Assembly: GCA_046758745.1 (NCBI GenBank)
Contig: JBHIAV010000030.1
Location: 1-36,575 of the forward strand
Origin: Gemmatimonadota bacterium
GTDB lineage: Bacteria; Gemmatimonadota; Gemmatimonadetes; Palauibacterales; Palauibacteraceae
Direction: 5' to 3'
DNA: 36,575 nt
Below the pieces are notes generated by a model. That model was given only the letters and a program-made list of their open reading frames with translations. It was not told the DNA's origin and made no database searches. A program made the translations under genes and the position numbers. Positions within the stretch are counted from its first letter, which is position 1. Each line of letters opens with the position of its first letter. Positions 19,653-28,836 of the stretch are shown here, in pieces.

Positions 19653-22157
19653 ATGAAGCCGAGCGCCCAGCAGGAGAGGATCATCCCCCGCTACATCGAG
19701 CAGGAGATGCGCGAGTCGTTCATCGACTACTCGATGAGCGTGATCGTGCAGCGCGCTCTCCCGGACGCCCGGGACGGCCTCAAGCCCGTCCATCGGCGAA
19801 TACTGCACGCCATGCAGGAGCTCGGCCTTCGTCCCGAACGCGAGTACAAGAAGAGCGCGACGGTCGTCGGCGACGTGCTCGGCAAGTACCATCCGCACGG
19901 GGACGCGGCCGTGTACGACACCCTCGTGCGCATGGTGCAGGACTTCTCTCTCCGCTATCCGCTGATCGACGGGCAGGGGAACTTCGGCTCCATCGACGGG
20001 GACAGCGCGGCGGCGTATCGCTACACGGAGACCCGGCTGGCGCCGATCGCGCTCGAGCTGCTGGCCGACATCGACCTGGAGACGGTCGACTTCAGCCCGA
20101 ACTTCGACGGGCGGCTCACGGAGCCGAGCGTCCTCCCGGCACGGCTCCCGCACCTTCTCCTCAACGGCTCGGACGGCATCGCGGTCGGCATGGCGACGAA
20201 GATTCCGCCGCACAACCTCCGGGAGCTGTTGTCGGCCACGATCCACCTGGTGCGAGAGCCGGGCTGCGACGTGGAGGAGCTGATCGCACGCCTGCCCGGC
20301 CCTGATTTTCCGACCGGCGGTTACATCTGGGGGCGGGAGGGCGTCCAGGAGGCGTATCGCTCGGGTCGGGGACTGATCGAGATGCGCGCGCGAATGCATC
20401 TCGAGGAGGGAAGCTACGGGAAGAGCTCGCTCGTCGTGACCGAGCTTCCGTACCAGGTCAACAAGACCCGCATCATCGAGCAGATCACCAAGCTGGTTCG
20501 CAGCGGAAAGGGGGACGCGATCACCGATCTGCGCGACGAGTCGGACCGCGACGGCGTGCGTCTGGTGATCGAGCTCAAGCGAGATGCCGATGCACGCGAG
20601 CTGGTAAAGACGCTCTTCCGCAAGACCCAGCTTCGCTGCACCTTCGGCGTGATCATGCTCGCTCTGGTAGAGGGGCGACCGAAGCAGCTCCACCTCAAGG
20701 GGGCGCTCACCTGCTTCGTGCAGCACCGCCTCGAGGTGATCCGGCGACGGGCCGCTTTCGAGTTCGGACGCTCCGAGGAGCGCGCACACGTCATCGAGGG
20801 ACTCCTACTGGCGCTCGATCACATCGACCGCGTGATCGAGCTGATCCGGGGCTCGCGCAATCCGGCGAGCGCGTCCCGCAAGCTGCGGAGGGAGCTGAAG
20901 CTCAGCGAGCGCCAGGCGGAGGCGATCCTGGCGATGCGACTCTCGCGCCTCACGGCCCTGGAGCGTCGGAAGCTCGCCGACGAGCTGGAGGAGCTACGCG
21001 GCAGGATCCGCGAGCTGCGAGTGCTGCTGGACGACGAAGGCGCGCGACGGGAGCATCTGGAGCGCGAGCTCCGGGAGCTCATCGCGCGATACGGCGACGA
21101 CCGGCGAACCGAGCTTCTCGACGGGAGCCAGAAGTTTCCGCTTCCGGCCGGATCCGGCGCCGGAGCGTCGCTCGTACTGCTCAGCCGTCTCGGCTACATG
21201 AAGGCCGTTCCGGTGCGCGCCGGCTCGGGCATGGCGGGAGCGGATGCACTCGCCGCTCGCACGGGAGATTTCGTGAGGCAGTCGTTCCTGGCCCGCGGCT
21301 CCGATCTGCTTCTCGTATTCACCGCTCGTGGCACGGTGCACGGGATCACGGTAGGAGACCTCCCTCGCGGAACGCGGAGCTCTCGCGGGCGTTCGCTGGC
21401 GGAGCACGTCGGCCTCGCGCGAGGCGATCGCGTCGTCTCGGCCGTCCCCGTCGAGCGGTTCAATGCCGGCCGGTTCATCCTGATCGCTACGCGAACCGGA
21501 CACGTGAAGCGGACGGAGCTCGGCGAGTACGCGAACGCGCGTGCGGGAGGGATCATCGCGACCGGTCTCGCGGACGAGGACGAGGTCGTTGCGGCCATGC
21601 TGACGGATGGGATGGCGGAAGTCCTCCTGGCCTCACGAAGCGGACAGGTGATCCGCTTCGCGGAGTCCGAGATCCGTCCCATGGGTCGTACGGCACGCGG
21701 CGTGCAGGGAATCGATCTTGCGGACGGAGACGAAATCGTCGCCGCACTGACGCCGCGGCGCGACAGCGATCTGATCGCCGGAACAGCCGGAGGCTATGGA
21801 AAGCGAATTCCTTTCACCGAGTTCCGCGTGCAAGGGCGCGCCGGAAAAGGAACCGCGATGCTCCCCGAGCGGGAAACGACGGGCGAGCTGGTCGGACTGC
21901 TCGAGGTGCATCCAGGCGACCGGGTGATGTGGGAGCTGGAGTCGGGTGAGCTCGTGACGACGAGCGCCAGCGACATCCTCACGCGCGCCCGTCGGGACGT
22001 GAGCGTGCGCATCCGCGAGCTCCAGGATGCGGAAGGCGCGGTCGCAGCGGTCCATCCCCTCCGCGCCGCGCCGGAGCCGATCGCCACCTCGCACCGCGAC
22101 ATCGCGAGCGCGGAGCGTGGTGTCTCGCAAGGAGAGCTGGAGCTGGCGACCCGTTGA
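19653..22157 (+). CDS. Type IIA topoisomerase subunit A (GyrA family; GyrA-box absent, so ParC-like)
   Basis: [31 protein letters not shown] catalytic Tyr, PDFPTGG, C-terminal beta-pinwheel repeats. Confidence 0.92.
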   Translation: MKPSAQQERIIPRYIEQEMRESFIDYSMSVIVQRALPDARDGLKPVHRRILHAMQELGLRPEREYKKSATVVGDVLGKYHPHGDAAVYDTLVRMVQDFSLRYPLIDGQGNFGSIDGDSAAAYRYTETRLAPIALELLADIDLETVDFSPNFDGRLTEPSVLPARLPHLLLNGSDGIAVGMATKIPPHNLRELLSATIHLVREPGCDVEELIARLPGPDFPTGGYIWGREGVQEAYRSGRGLIEMRARMHLEEGSYGKSSLVVTELPYQVNKTRIIEQITKLVRSGKGDAITDLRDESDRDGVRLVIELKRDADARELVKTLFRKTQLRCTFGVIMLALVEGRPKQLHLKGALTCFVQHRLEVIRRRAAFEFGRSEERAHVIEGLLLALDHIDRVIELIRGSRNPASASRKLRRELKLSERQAEAILAMRLSRLTALERRKLADELEELRGRIRELRVLLDDEGARREHLERELRELIARYGDDRRTELLDGSQKFPLPAGSGAGASLVLLSRLGYMKAVPVRAGSGMAGADALAARTGDFVRQSFLARGSDLLLVFTARGTVHGITVGDLPRGTRSSRGRSLAEHVGLARGDRVVSAVPVERFNAGRFILIATRTGHVKRTELGEYANARAGGIIATGLADEDEVVAAMLTDGMAEVLLASRSGQVIRFAESEIRPMGRTARGVQGIDLADGDEIVAALTPRRDSDLIAGTAGGYGKRIPFTEFRVQGRAGKGTAMLPERETTGELVGLLEVHPGDRVMWELESGELVTTSASDILTRARRDVSVRIRELQDAEGAVAAVHPLRAAPEPIATSHRDIASAERGVSQGELELATR

Positions 22158-22304
22158 GCCACGCCGATCTTCGACGCGGGTCTTCCCTCCTCCCGACGTC
22201 CGTGGCGTGATTCGACGCCAGCATACTTCTCGAGCGACGGACCTCACTCGCTTGAGCGACCCCGATCATTCCCTTGGGCCACCCCAGTCGAAAGGAGGAG
22301 GGTG

Positions 22305-22769
22305 ATGACCGAGCCACGGTACCTCTCCATGGTCCGCATCGAAAAGCTCACCGGTCCACATCGCAGGGCGTACATCGAACCTTTCGAGGATCCGCTCGAG
22401 TTCGGCGTGCATGGTGAGATCGCCGAGTTCTATGGCGCGACCACCGAACGACCCCTCCCGACGACACTCGACCACATCGTCGCCGCAGCCGGCGGGTGAC
22501 TGACCGGAACCCTGGGCGGAGCCCTGGGCGCCAGAGGAATTCCGAGCGACGATGGCCAGTTGCGCTCGCTCGTCGTCGGGGAGATCGGCGAGCGTGACGG
22601 TACACTCCGTATCATGCGCATCCGAGTCCGATACGAGATCGAGATCCCTGCGGGAAAGCGTTCGGAGGCCGAGCGGGCTCTCGAGCATCACGTGTCGCAC
22701 TGTCCGGTCGCGCAAACACTGACGCCGTGCGTCGAGATCGAATGGGAGGCGGAGATAAAGGAAGTGTGA
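22305..22769 (+). CDS. OsmC/Ohr-like protein with in-frame UGA (probable selenocysteine) at 22497-22499
   Basis: AAAGGAGG RBS. ORFs 22302-22499 and 22560-22769 share one frame, giving PTTLDHIVAAAGG-U-LTGTLGGAL...HCPVAQTL; UGA sits at the OsmC first-Cys position. Confidence 0.82.
22510..22528 (+). promoter_or_regulatory. Candidate bacterial SECIS hairpin
   Basis: CCCTGGGC-GGA-GCCCTGGG; G-starting apical loop 18 nt after the UGA. Confidence 0.55.
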
Positions 22770-22794
22770 GAGTCGCATCGTGCGCGCGATTGTC

Positions 22795-22822
22795 TTGCGT
22801 GCATCGAACGATTTCTTATAAT
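22795..22822 (+). promoter_or_regulatory. sigma70 promoter of the ATP-grasp/KamA operon
   Basis: TTGCGT (22795-22800), 16-bp spacer, perfect TATAAT (22817-22822) in an AT-rich intergenic region. Confidence 0.7.
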
Positions 22823-22885
22823 GAGTTGATTGTGTTCGTTTGCAGAGTCGTAAACGAACACGCAAACTTCGAAGTGAAAGGTGTA

Positions 22886-22924
22886 GTGTCCCGGCGCGTT
22901 GAGCATATTCGACTCGGACGATAG
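22886..22924 (+). CDS. Putative Arg-rich leader peptide MSRRVEHIRLGR
   Basis: AAAGG at 22877-22881, GTG start, four Arg codons (CGG, CGC, CGA, CGA); the stop lies in a hairpin loop just before a terminator. Confidence 0.4.
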   Translation: MSRRVEHIRLGR

Positions 22925-22931
22925 CTCCGAG

Positions 22932-22955
22932 CCGCCCGGCAGAGGCGGATTTTTT
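22932..22955 (+). terminator. Intrinsic terminator/attenuator in the operon leader
   Basis: CCGCC-CGGCAGA-GGCGG followed by A and six T, ~30 nt before ATG 22985. Confidence 0.65.
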
Positions 22956-22984
22956 GTTGTCCTCCACATTCCCGGAGGCCACGA

Positions 22985-24070
22985 ATGCGGATCGGGTTCG
23001 CGTTCAACCTCAAACCGGCACTCGCGGGAATGTCGCCTTCGGGATCGCCGCTCAGCTCGTCGAACGATGCAGGGCGCTCTCCGCCCGGCGAGGCGTCGTC
23101 CTCCTGCGTCAGTCAGCATGAGGCGGGCTTCGCCGAGTGGGACACCGAAGACACGATCGAAGCGGTGGCGGCCGCGCTCTCGCAGGTGGGCGACGTAGTG
23201 CTCCTCGAGGCTAACGGAAGCTTTCCCAACCGGCTCCGACGCGCGCGACCCGATCTGGTCTTCAACATGGCGGAGAGTCGGGGCGGGCGTGCCCGCGAGG
23301 CGCATGTGCCGGCCATCCTCGAGTACTTCGGTTTCCGGTACACGGGCAGTGACCCTCTCACCCTCGCCATCACACTGGACAAGGTGATGACCAAGACGGT
23401 CCTGGCGGCATCGGGGATTCGTACGCCGGCCTTTCGCGTTTGTGAGCCGGGCGTACGGCCGAAGAAGCGCGACGTGGATCCGCCGGTCATCGTCAAGCCC
23501 CTCCACGAGGGCTCGAGCATCGGCGTGCGGAACGGGTCGCTGTGTCATAGCTACGGCGAGGCCGTGAAGCGAGTCCGCGAGATCCATGCGTCGTGGGCGC
23601 AGCCGGCACTGATCGAGACCTTTCTGCCGGGCCGCGAGTTCACCTGCGCCCTCGTCGGCAACGGATCGGCGCTGCGAGCTTACCCGCTCGTGGAGATGGA
23701 CTTCGCCGCTTTCCCGGAGGACGCGAACCCGATCTACAGCTACGAGGCGAAATGGGTCTGGGACCGACCGTCGGATCCGCTGCCCGCGTTCCGCTGCCCG
23801 GCCCGCGTGGACGAGCGGCTCGAGCGGGAGATCACGCAGACGGCGATGGTCGCGTATCGCGCCCTCGGGTGCCGCGATTGGGCGCGGATCGATCTCCGTC
23901 TCGACGAGCGGGAGCGCGTGCACGTTCTCGAGGTGAACGCGCTGCCAGGCGTGCTGCCGGATCCGAATCAGAACTCTTCCTACCCCAAGGCGGCGCGTGC
24001 CGCCGGACTCGATTTCGACGGGACGATCCTCGCCGTCGTGGAGGCGGCTCGTGTCCGGTATCGAATCTGA
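22985..24070 (+). CDS. D-Ala-D-Ala ligase-like ATP-grasp protein 1
   Basis: DLVFNMAE, YTGS...LDK, IVKPLHEGSSIG, ETFLPGREFT, ARIDLR, LEVNALPG; lacks the GGxSxEH N-terminal motif of true Ddl. Confidence 0.85.
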   Translation: MRIGFAFNLKPALAGMSPSGSPLSSSNDAGRSPPGEASSSCVSQHEAGFAEWDTEDTIEAVAAALSQVGDVVLLEANGSFPNRLRRARPDLVFNMAESRGGRAREAHVPAILEYFGFRYTGSDPLTLAITLDKVMTKTVLAASGIRTPAFRVCEPGVRPKKRDVDPPVIVKPLHEGSSIGVRNGSLCHSYGEAVKRVREIHASWAQPALIETFLPGREFTCALVGNGSALRAYPLVEMDFAAFPEDANPIYSYEAKWVWDRPSDPLPAFRCPARVDERLEREITQTAMVAYRALGCRDWARIDLRLDERERVHVLEVNALPGVLPDPNQNSSYPKAARAAGLDFDGTILAVVEAARVRYRI

Positions 24071-24083
24071 GCCTCTCCCCCCG

Positions 24084-25622
24084 ATGACGGTCGGAGTGCT
24101 GTACGAGGAGATGCACCGCCCTCCTCGCCGACCGGAACGGCTCGCCGTGCTGGACGCGGTGGACGCGACCGAGGGTGCGCTGGCCGGCTTCGGTCATCGG
24201 GTTCTGCGACTGCCCGTTCGCGCCAGCGACTTCGAATGGCTGGAGAGGCTTCGGTCCGCCGACCTCGACCTCATCTTCAACCTGTGTGAAGGGGTCGATG
24301 GCGATGGGATCGGAGAGTTCCGGGTCAGCGCCGCCGCGGAGCTGCTCGGCATACCGATGACGGGGTGCAGCGCGGACGTGCTCTCGTTCGCGCTGCGCAA
24401 GGATCGGGTGAACGGGCTGCTCGTCGGCCGGCGGTTGCCGATCCCGCCGTACACGCTGGTCGAGCTGGGACGCGTGTCACTCGAGTGGAGCCATTTCCCG
24501 GCGATCGTAAAGCCGGCCGCGCAGGACGGCTCTCTCGGTATCGACGAGCAGGCGGTGGTGCAGACGCCGGCCGAGCTCCGCGCCAAGATCGATGAGCTGC
24601 TCCCGATCTTCGAGCTCCTTCTCGTACAGCGGTTCGTGGAAGGACGCGAGTTCAACGTCGGATTCGTCGGAACCTCGCGGCTGCCGCTGGCCGAGATCGA
24701 CTTCGCGTCGATGCCGGATGGGATGGCGAGGATCGTCTCGTACAGTGCGAAGTGGGAGAGTGGCTCTCCGGCCGACCGCGGCACCATCCCCATCTGCCCG
24801 GCCGAAGTGGAACCCGAGTTGGAGGCGCGGATCGTCGAGGTCGCGGAGAGGGCGTGGCTCGCCGTCTCCTCCGGCAGCGGATACGGGAGGGTCGACGTGC
24901 GCCTGGACGTCCACGGCAGACCGTACGTGCTGGAGGTGAATCCGAATCCCGACCTCACGCCGCAGGCCGGCCTGGCGCGAATGGCAGGTGTGGCGGGGCT
25001 CGATTATCCGGCCCTGGTGGCCGCCGTGTGTCGCGAAGCTTTCGGCGGCGCCGCGAACGACGAGGGGAGGGACAAGGAACCAGCGCCCGAGCCGCAGAGG
25101 CGGCGCGCGGGCACCGTTACCCTCGCGGCGGTCGAGGCGAGCCACCGCGAGCGAATCCGCCAGATCCTGGAGGACACGGGGGTGTTCCGGTACGACGAGG
25201 TCAACGTCGCGCTCGAGGTGCTCGACGTGTACCTCAGCCAGGCCGGTCAGACCGACTACTACATCATCGGAGCGTTCAGCGAGAAGGGGGAGCTCGTCGG
25301 TTATGCCTGTTATGGACCGACACCGTGCACGGTGGGCACGTGGGACCTCTACTGGATCGCCGTCGACCCGACGCATCACGGACAGGGCGTCGGGCGCAGG
25401 TTGCTCAACCGGGTCGAGAGCGAGATCGCCGCGCGAGACGGACGTATGATTCTTGCTGAGACGTCGTCCCAACCGAGCTACAGGCCGACCCGCGAGTTCT
25501 ACGCGCATCGCGGATACGAGATGGTTTCGCGCGTAATGGACTTCTACGCTCCCGGCGACGATCGGATGATCTTCGCCAAGCGCCTCTCTGGCCCCTTCGG
25601 AGGAGCCGGGTCCGATGAATGA
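24084..25622 (+). CDS. Ddl-like ATP-grasp protein 2 fused to a C-terminal GNAT acetyltransferase
   Basis: FNLCEG, IVKPAAQDGSLGI, GREFNV, GRVDVR, EVNPNPDL; after a linker, WDLYWIAVDPTHHGQGVGRRLL (acetyl-CoA motif A) and ETSS...FY. Start ATG 24084. Confidence 0.85.
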   Translation: MTVGVLYEEMHRPPRRPERLAVLDAVDATEGALAGFGHRVLRLPVRASDFEWLERLRSADLDLIFNLCEGVDGDGIGEFRVSAAAELLGIPMTGCSADVLSFALRKDRVNGLLVGRRLPIPPYTLVELGRVSLEWSHFPAIVKPAAQDGSLGIDEQAVVQTPAELRAKIDELLPIFELLLVQRFVEGREFNVGFVGTSRLPLAEIDFASMPDGMARIVSYSAKWESGSPADRGTIPICPAEVEPELEARIVEVAERAWLAVSSGSGYGRVDVRLDVHGRPYVLEVNPNPDLTPQAGLARMAGVAGLDYPALVAAVCREAFGGAANDEGRDKEPAPEPQRRRAGTVTLAAVEASHRERIRQILEDTGVFRYDEVNVALEVLDVYLSQAGQTDYYIIGAFSEKGELVGYACYGPTPCTVGTWDLYWIAVDPTHHGQGVGRRLLNRVESEIAARDGRMILAETSSQPSYRPTREFYAHRGYEMVSRVMDFYAPGDDRMIFAKRLSGPFGGAGSDE

Positions 25623-26877
25623 ATGGCAGCAGGTACTGAAAGGGAGCATCACGACGGTCGACGAGCTGGTTGAGCGGTTCGGCGAAGAGAACGTCGACCG
25701 CGAAGCGGTCCAGCAGGCGATCGACAACTTCAACCTGCGGATCACGCCAGAAGTCCTTCAGTTCATCGAACGGGCGGGGGATGCGTTCTGGAGACAATAC
25801 ATACCGACGGCCGAGGAACTGGACGTGCGCGACGGTCTGGTCGATGCCCTCTCCGAGGACGATGACTCTCCCGTACCCAACCTCACCCATCGGTACCCCG
25901 ATCGCGTGCTCTTCCTGGTCAGCCCGGTGTGCGCCACCTACTGCCGGTTCTGCACCCGCCGGCGCAAGGTGGGCGATCCGGAGAAGATTCCGCTCAACCA
26001 GTTCGACGCGGCGTTCGCATACCTACGAGAGCACACCGAGGTTCGGGATGTGATTCTGTCTGGCGGCGATCCCTTCATGCTGTCGGATCGTCGGGTCGAC
26101 TACTTTCTCAAGACCCTGCGGGCGATCCCGCACATCGAGATCATCCGCATCCACACCCGGATCCCCTCGCACCTCCCGGAGCGGGTCACGCCCGAGCTGT
26201 GCGCGATCCTCAAGAGATATCATCCGGTGTACGTGAACCTACACTTCAACCATCCGCTCGAGCTCACCCCGAAGGCGTGCGAGGCGCTGGCGCTGCTCGC
26301 CGATGCCGGTTGCCCGCTCGGCTCCCAGACCGTGCTGATGAAGGGGGTGAACGACGACCCGGCCGTGATGAAGGAGCTGATGCTGGAGCTGGTGAAGAAC
26401 CGCGTGCGTCCGTATTACCTGTACCAGGCGGACCAGATCGCCGGCGCCGAACACTTTCGCACCACGGTGGCGAAGGGGATCGAGATCATCCGCGCACTTC
26501 GTGGATGGACCTCGGGCCTCGCCGTGCCGCACTTCGTGATCGACGCACCGGGTGGCGGCGGGAAGATCCCGATCCTCCCGGAGTACGTCGAGAAGATGAC
26601 CGATGAAGAGGTCGTGGTCCGAAACTATGCCGGGAAGCGGTTCGTCTACCGTCAGGCGGCCCCCACGCAGGTGGCCGCCCCCGCCGTGGCCACGGCCGCC
26701 GCGAACGGCAAGCGGGTTGCCGCGAGCGCCGGCACGAAGGCATCGAAGGGCTCCTCGGCCCGTCGAAACGGCAAGAGCGGGGGAAAGAAGAGAAAGGTGA
26801 GCGGAACGAGGAACGGTCGGGCCGCGCACAGCCTCGCCGAAGCGGAGGAAGAGCTGGCTGTCTCCCGAAGCCGGTGA
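25615..26877 (+). CDS. KamA-family radical SAM/PLP 2,3-aminomutase (lysine 2,3-aminomutase-like)
   Basis: HRYPDRVL, CATYCRFCTRRR (CxxxCxxC), SGGDP, HFNHP, RPYYLYQAD, DAPGGGGK PLP lysine; overlaps the upstream gene. Confidence 0.92.
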   Translation: MNEWQQVLKGSITTVDELVERFGEENVDREAVQQAIDNFNLRITPEVLQFIERAGDAFWRQYIPTAEELDVRDGLVDALSEDDDSPVPNLTHRYPDRVLFLVSPVCATYCRFCTRRRKVGDPEKIPLNQFDAAFAYLREHTEVRDVILSGGDPFMLSDRRVDYFLKTLRAIPHIEIIRIHTRIPSHLPERVTPELCAILKRYHPVYVNLHFNHPLELTPKACEALALLADAGCPLGSQTVLMKGVNDDPAVMKELMLELVKNRVRPYYLYQADQIAGAEHFRTTVAKGIEIIRALRGWTSGLAVPHFVIDAPGGGGKIPILPEYVEKMTDEEVVVRNYAGKRFVYRQAAPTQVAAPAVATAAANGKRVAASAGTKASKGSSARRNGKSGGKKRKVSGTRNGRAAHSLAEAEEELAVSRSR

Positions 26878-27023
26878 GCGCCGCCCCGGCGCCCCTGGCC
26901 GCTCCGGCAGTCGGACTCCCACCCGCCGCTGCGGGCGGTCGGCTTCCTACCTGACCTGCCCGGGCAGCGGGCACCCCGCTCGTGACCGTTTGAGCCGGGC
27001 ACGCGCACGCGGGCTGCGGAGGT

Positions 27024-27077
27024 CGACGTGAGCGTGTTCGCTCCGAAGGCCGACGTGAGCCTGTTCGCTCCGGAGGC
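27024..27077 (+). repeat. 27-bp imperfect tandem duplication spanning a start codon
   Basis: CGACGTGAGCGTGTTCGCTCCGAAGGC / CGACGTGAGCCTGTTCGCTCCGGAGGC (2 mismatches). Confidence 0.8.
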
Positions 27078-28767
27078 CGAGGGACGTCGGTACCGGCAAG
27101 GCGTCTTTCTGCCCCTCGACGCCGCGACTTTACCGGAAGCGCCGGAGGATGACCGCTTCCCCGCTCGCGGATGGGGGCCGCCGTTCCGGCGCTGCGACGA
27201 AGTGCCGCGAGTGCCCCGGCTGAAGCATCTCGTCGGCCCTTCCATCATCGCCCTCGCCATGGGACTCGGTGCCGGCGAGTTCCTGTTGTGGCCGAACCTG
27301 GTCACCGTCAACGGCTACTCGATCTGGTGGCTGTTCTGGGTGGGCGTCCTGACGCAGTTCGTGGTGATCGGCGAGATCGAGCGCTGGACGATCGCCACCG
27401 GCGAGTCGGTCTTCGCGGGAATGGCCAGGCTCGATCGGCTCGCCTTCTGGCCCTGGTTCTTCCTCGCGGCCACTCTGGTGAGCTTCTTCTGGCCGGGATG
27501 GGCGTCACAGTCCGCCGAGTACGTAGGAGAGATCGTCGAGGCGGTAACCGGAGCGCGGGTCGCCTGGCAGCCCCTCGCCCTCCTCATGCTGGCCGTCATC
27601 TGGTTCGGCCTCGCCGTCTCGCGGATCGTGTACAACGCACTGGAACGCTTCGAGATCGCCCTCGTTCTCGGCTTCTTCCCGCTTCTGGGCGTGACGTTGA
27701 TCCTCGTCGGAGTTCTTCCTTCCGACGTCCTCGCGCTCCTCGAGGGCGCGGTGTCGATCGGCTCGGCTCCACCCGAGCTCCTCACGGGAGACCAGTTCCC
27801 CACCTTGCTCATCGCCGTCGCCTACGCCGGGTCGGGCGGCACCCTCCTGCTGGCCCAGTCCCTGTGGCTGCGTGACAAGGGGTTCGGCATGGCGGTGTAC
27901 CAGGGGCGCATCGCGGGAATCCGGGGCCGCAACGAGGAGATCAGCGAGACGGGCTTCGTCTTCGATCCGGAGGGCGGGCCCGGCGCGCTCGACCGTTTCC
28001 GGGCATGGGTACGGACCGCGCACCGGGAGCTCCTCGTCACCTTCGTGCTGCTGATCCTGGCCAGCGTGGTCATCACCAGCATGCTCGTCACATCGACCCT
28101 CGGCACGGGGAACTCGGAGCTGGCGGGCGACCTGAGCGGTATGGTAGCTCGGCAGTCCGCGGTGCTCGAGCGGATGGGCGGCACCTGGTTGAAGGTGGCG
28201 TTCCTGCTCGGCGGCTCGTTCGTGCTCTTCTCCACGCAGGTCGGGATCGTGGATACCGTCACCCGGATCGCGGGCAGCATCTTCTTCGAGCGGTACGGGC
28301 GCCGCACCCGTTTTTGGACCCTGAAGCGTACCTTCCTCTTCTTCCTCACCCTGTTCGTCCTCGCCTCGATGGCCATCATCACGGTCTCCTGGGTCGGTGA
28401 GAGGTCGGTCGAACGGCTACAGCCGAACTTTCTCGTCCTCATCGCCGGCCCCTTCACCATTGCGAGCATGTATCTGTTCGCCATGGTGGTCGGTGTGGTG
28501 AACGTGCGGCGGCTTCCGCCGGCGCTGAGACCGGCCGCGTGGCGACGCTGGGCGATGGTGTGGGCGGCCGCTCTGTGGGGCTGGTTCACGGCCGAGCAGC
28601 TGAGCCGCGTGGTGCTGGCACGCCTCGGCGCTCCTACAGAGGTCATCGAATCCGTTGCCCTCGAGCCGGTACGCACCATCCTGTACGGCGCCTGGCTCCT
28701 CTCCCTCGCCTGGTTCGGCTGGCGGATCCTCGGCCCCGGCGTGCGCTCGACGAAGCGGCCGGCTTGA
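27028..28767 (+). CDS. Nramp-like/APC-superfamily membrane transporter
   Basis: VGPSIIALAMGLGAGEFLLWP, ERWTIATGES, AYAGSGG; about 12 hydrophobic segments; GGAGG RBS. Confidence 0.8.
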   Translation: MSVFAPKADVSLFAPEAEGRRYRQGVFLPLDAATLPEAPEDDRFPARGWGPPFRRCDEVPRVPRLKHLVGPSIIALAMGLGAGEFLLWPNLVTVNGYSIWWLFWVGVLTQFVVIGEIERWTIATGESVFAGMARLDRLAFWPWFFLAATLVSFFWPGWASQSAEYVGEIVEAVTGARVAWQPLALLMLAVIWFGLAVSRIVYNALERFEIALVLGFFPLLGVTLILVGVLPSDVLALLEGAVSIGSAPPELLTGDQFPTLLIAVAYAGSGGTLLLAQSLWLRDKGFGMAVYQGRIAGIRGRNEEISETGFVFDPEGGPGALDRFRAWVRTAHRELLVTFVLLILASVVITSMLVTSTLGTGNSELAGDLSGMVARQSAVLERMGGTWLKVAFLLGGSFVLFSTQVGIVDTVTRIAGSIFFERYGRRTRFWTLKRTFLFFLTLFVLASMAIITVSWVGERSVERLQPNFLVLIAGPFTIASMYLFAMVVGVVNVRRLPPALRPAAWRRWAMVWAAALWGWFTAEQLSRVVLARLGAPTEVIESVALEPVRTILYGAWLLSLAWFGWRILGPGVRSTKRPA

Positions 28768-28836
28768 GGTAGCTTTCTCGCCCTCACACCAGACCTGGCC
28801 ACGCGGAAGGCGATTGACACAGAGAAGAATGGAGCC

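Noticed and set aside
22305-22769. OsmC gene as a nonsense pseudogene or two small genes
   Set aside because: The single stop is UGA exactly at the catalytic Cys column, both halves are intact and in frame, and a SECIS-like hairpin follows.
22985-25622. Calling the ATP-grasp genes ddl or a van resistance cluster
   Set aside because: No GGxSxEH motif, no mur or vanHX neighbours; the context is KamA and GNAT.
25615-26877. EpmB (EF-P beta-lysylation) or a lysine fermentation kamA
   Set aside because: No efp/epmA or kamDE/kdd nearby, so no gene symbol was assigned.
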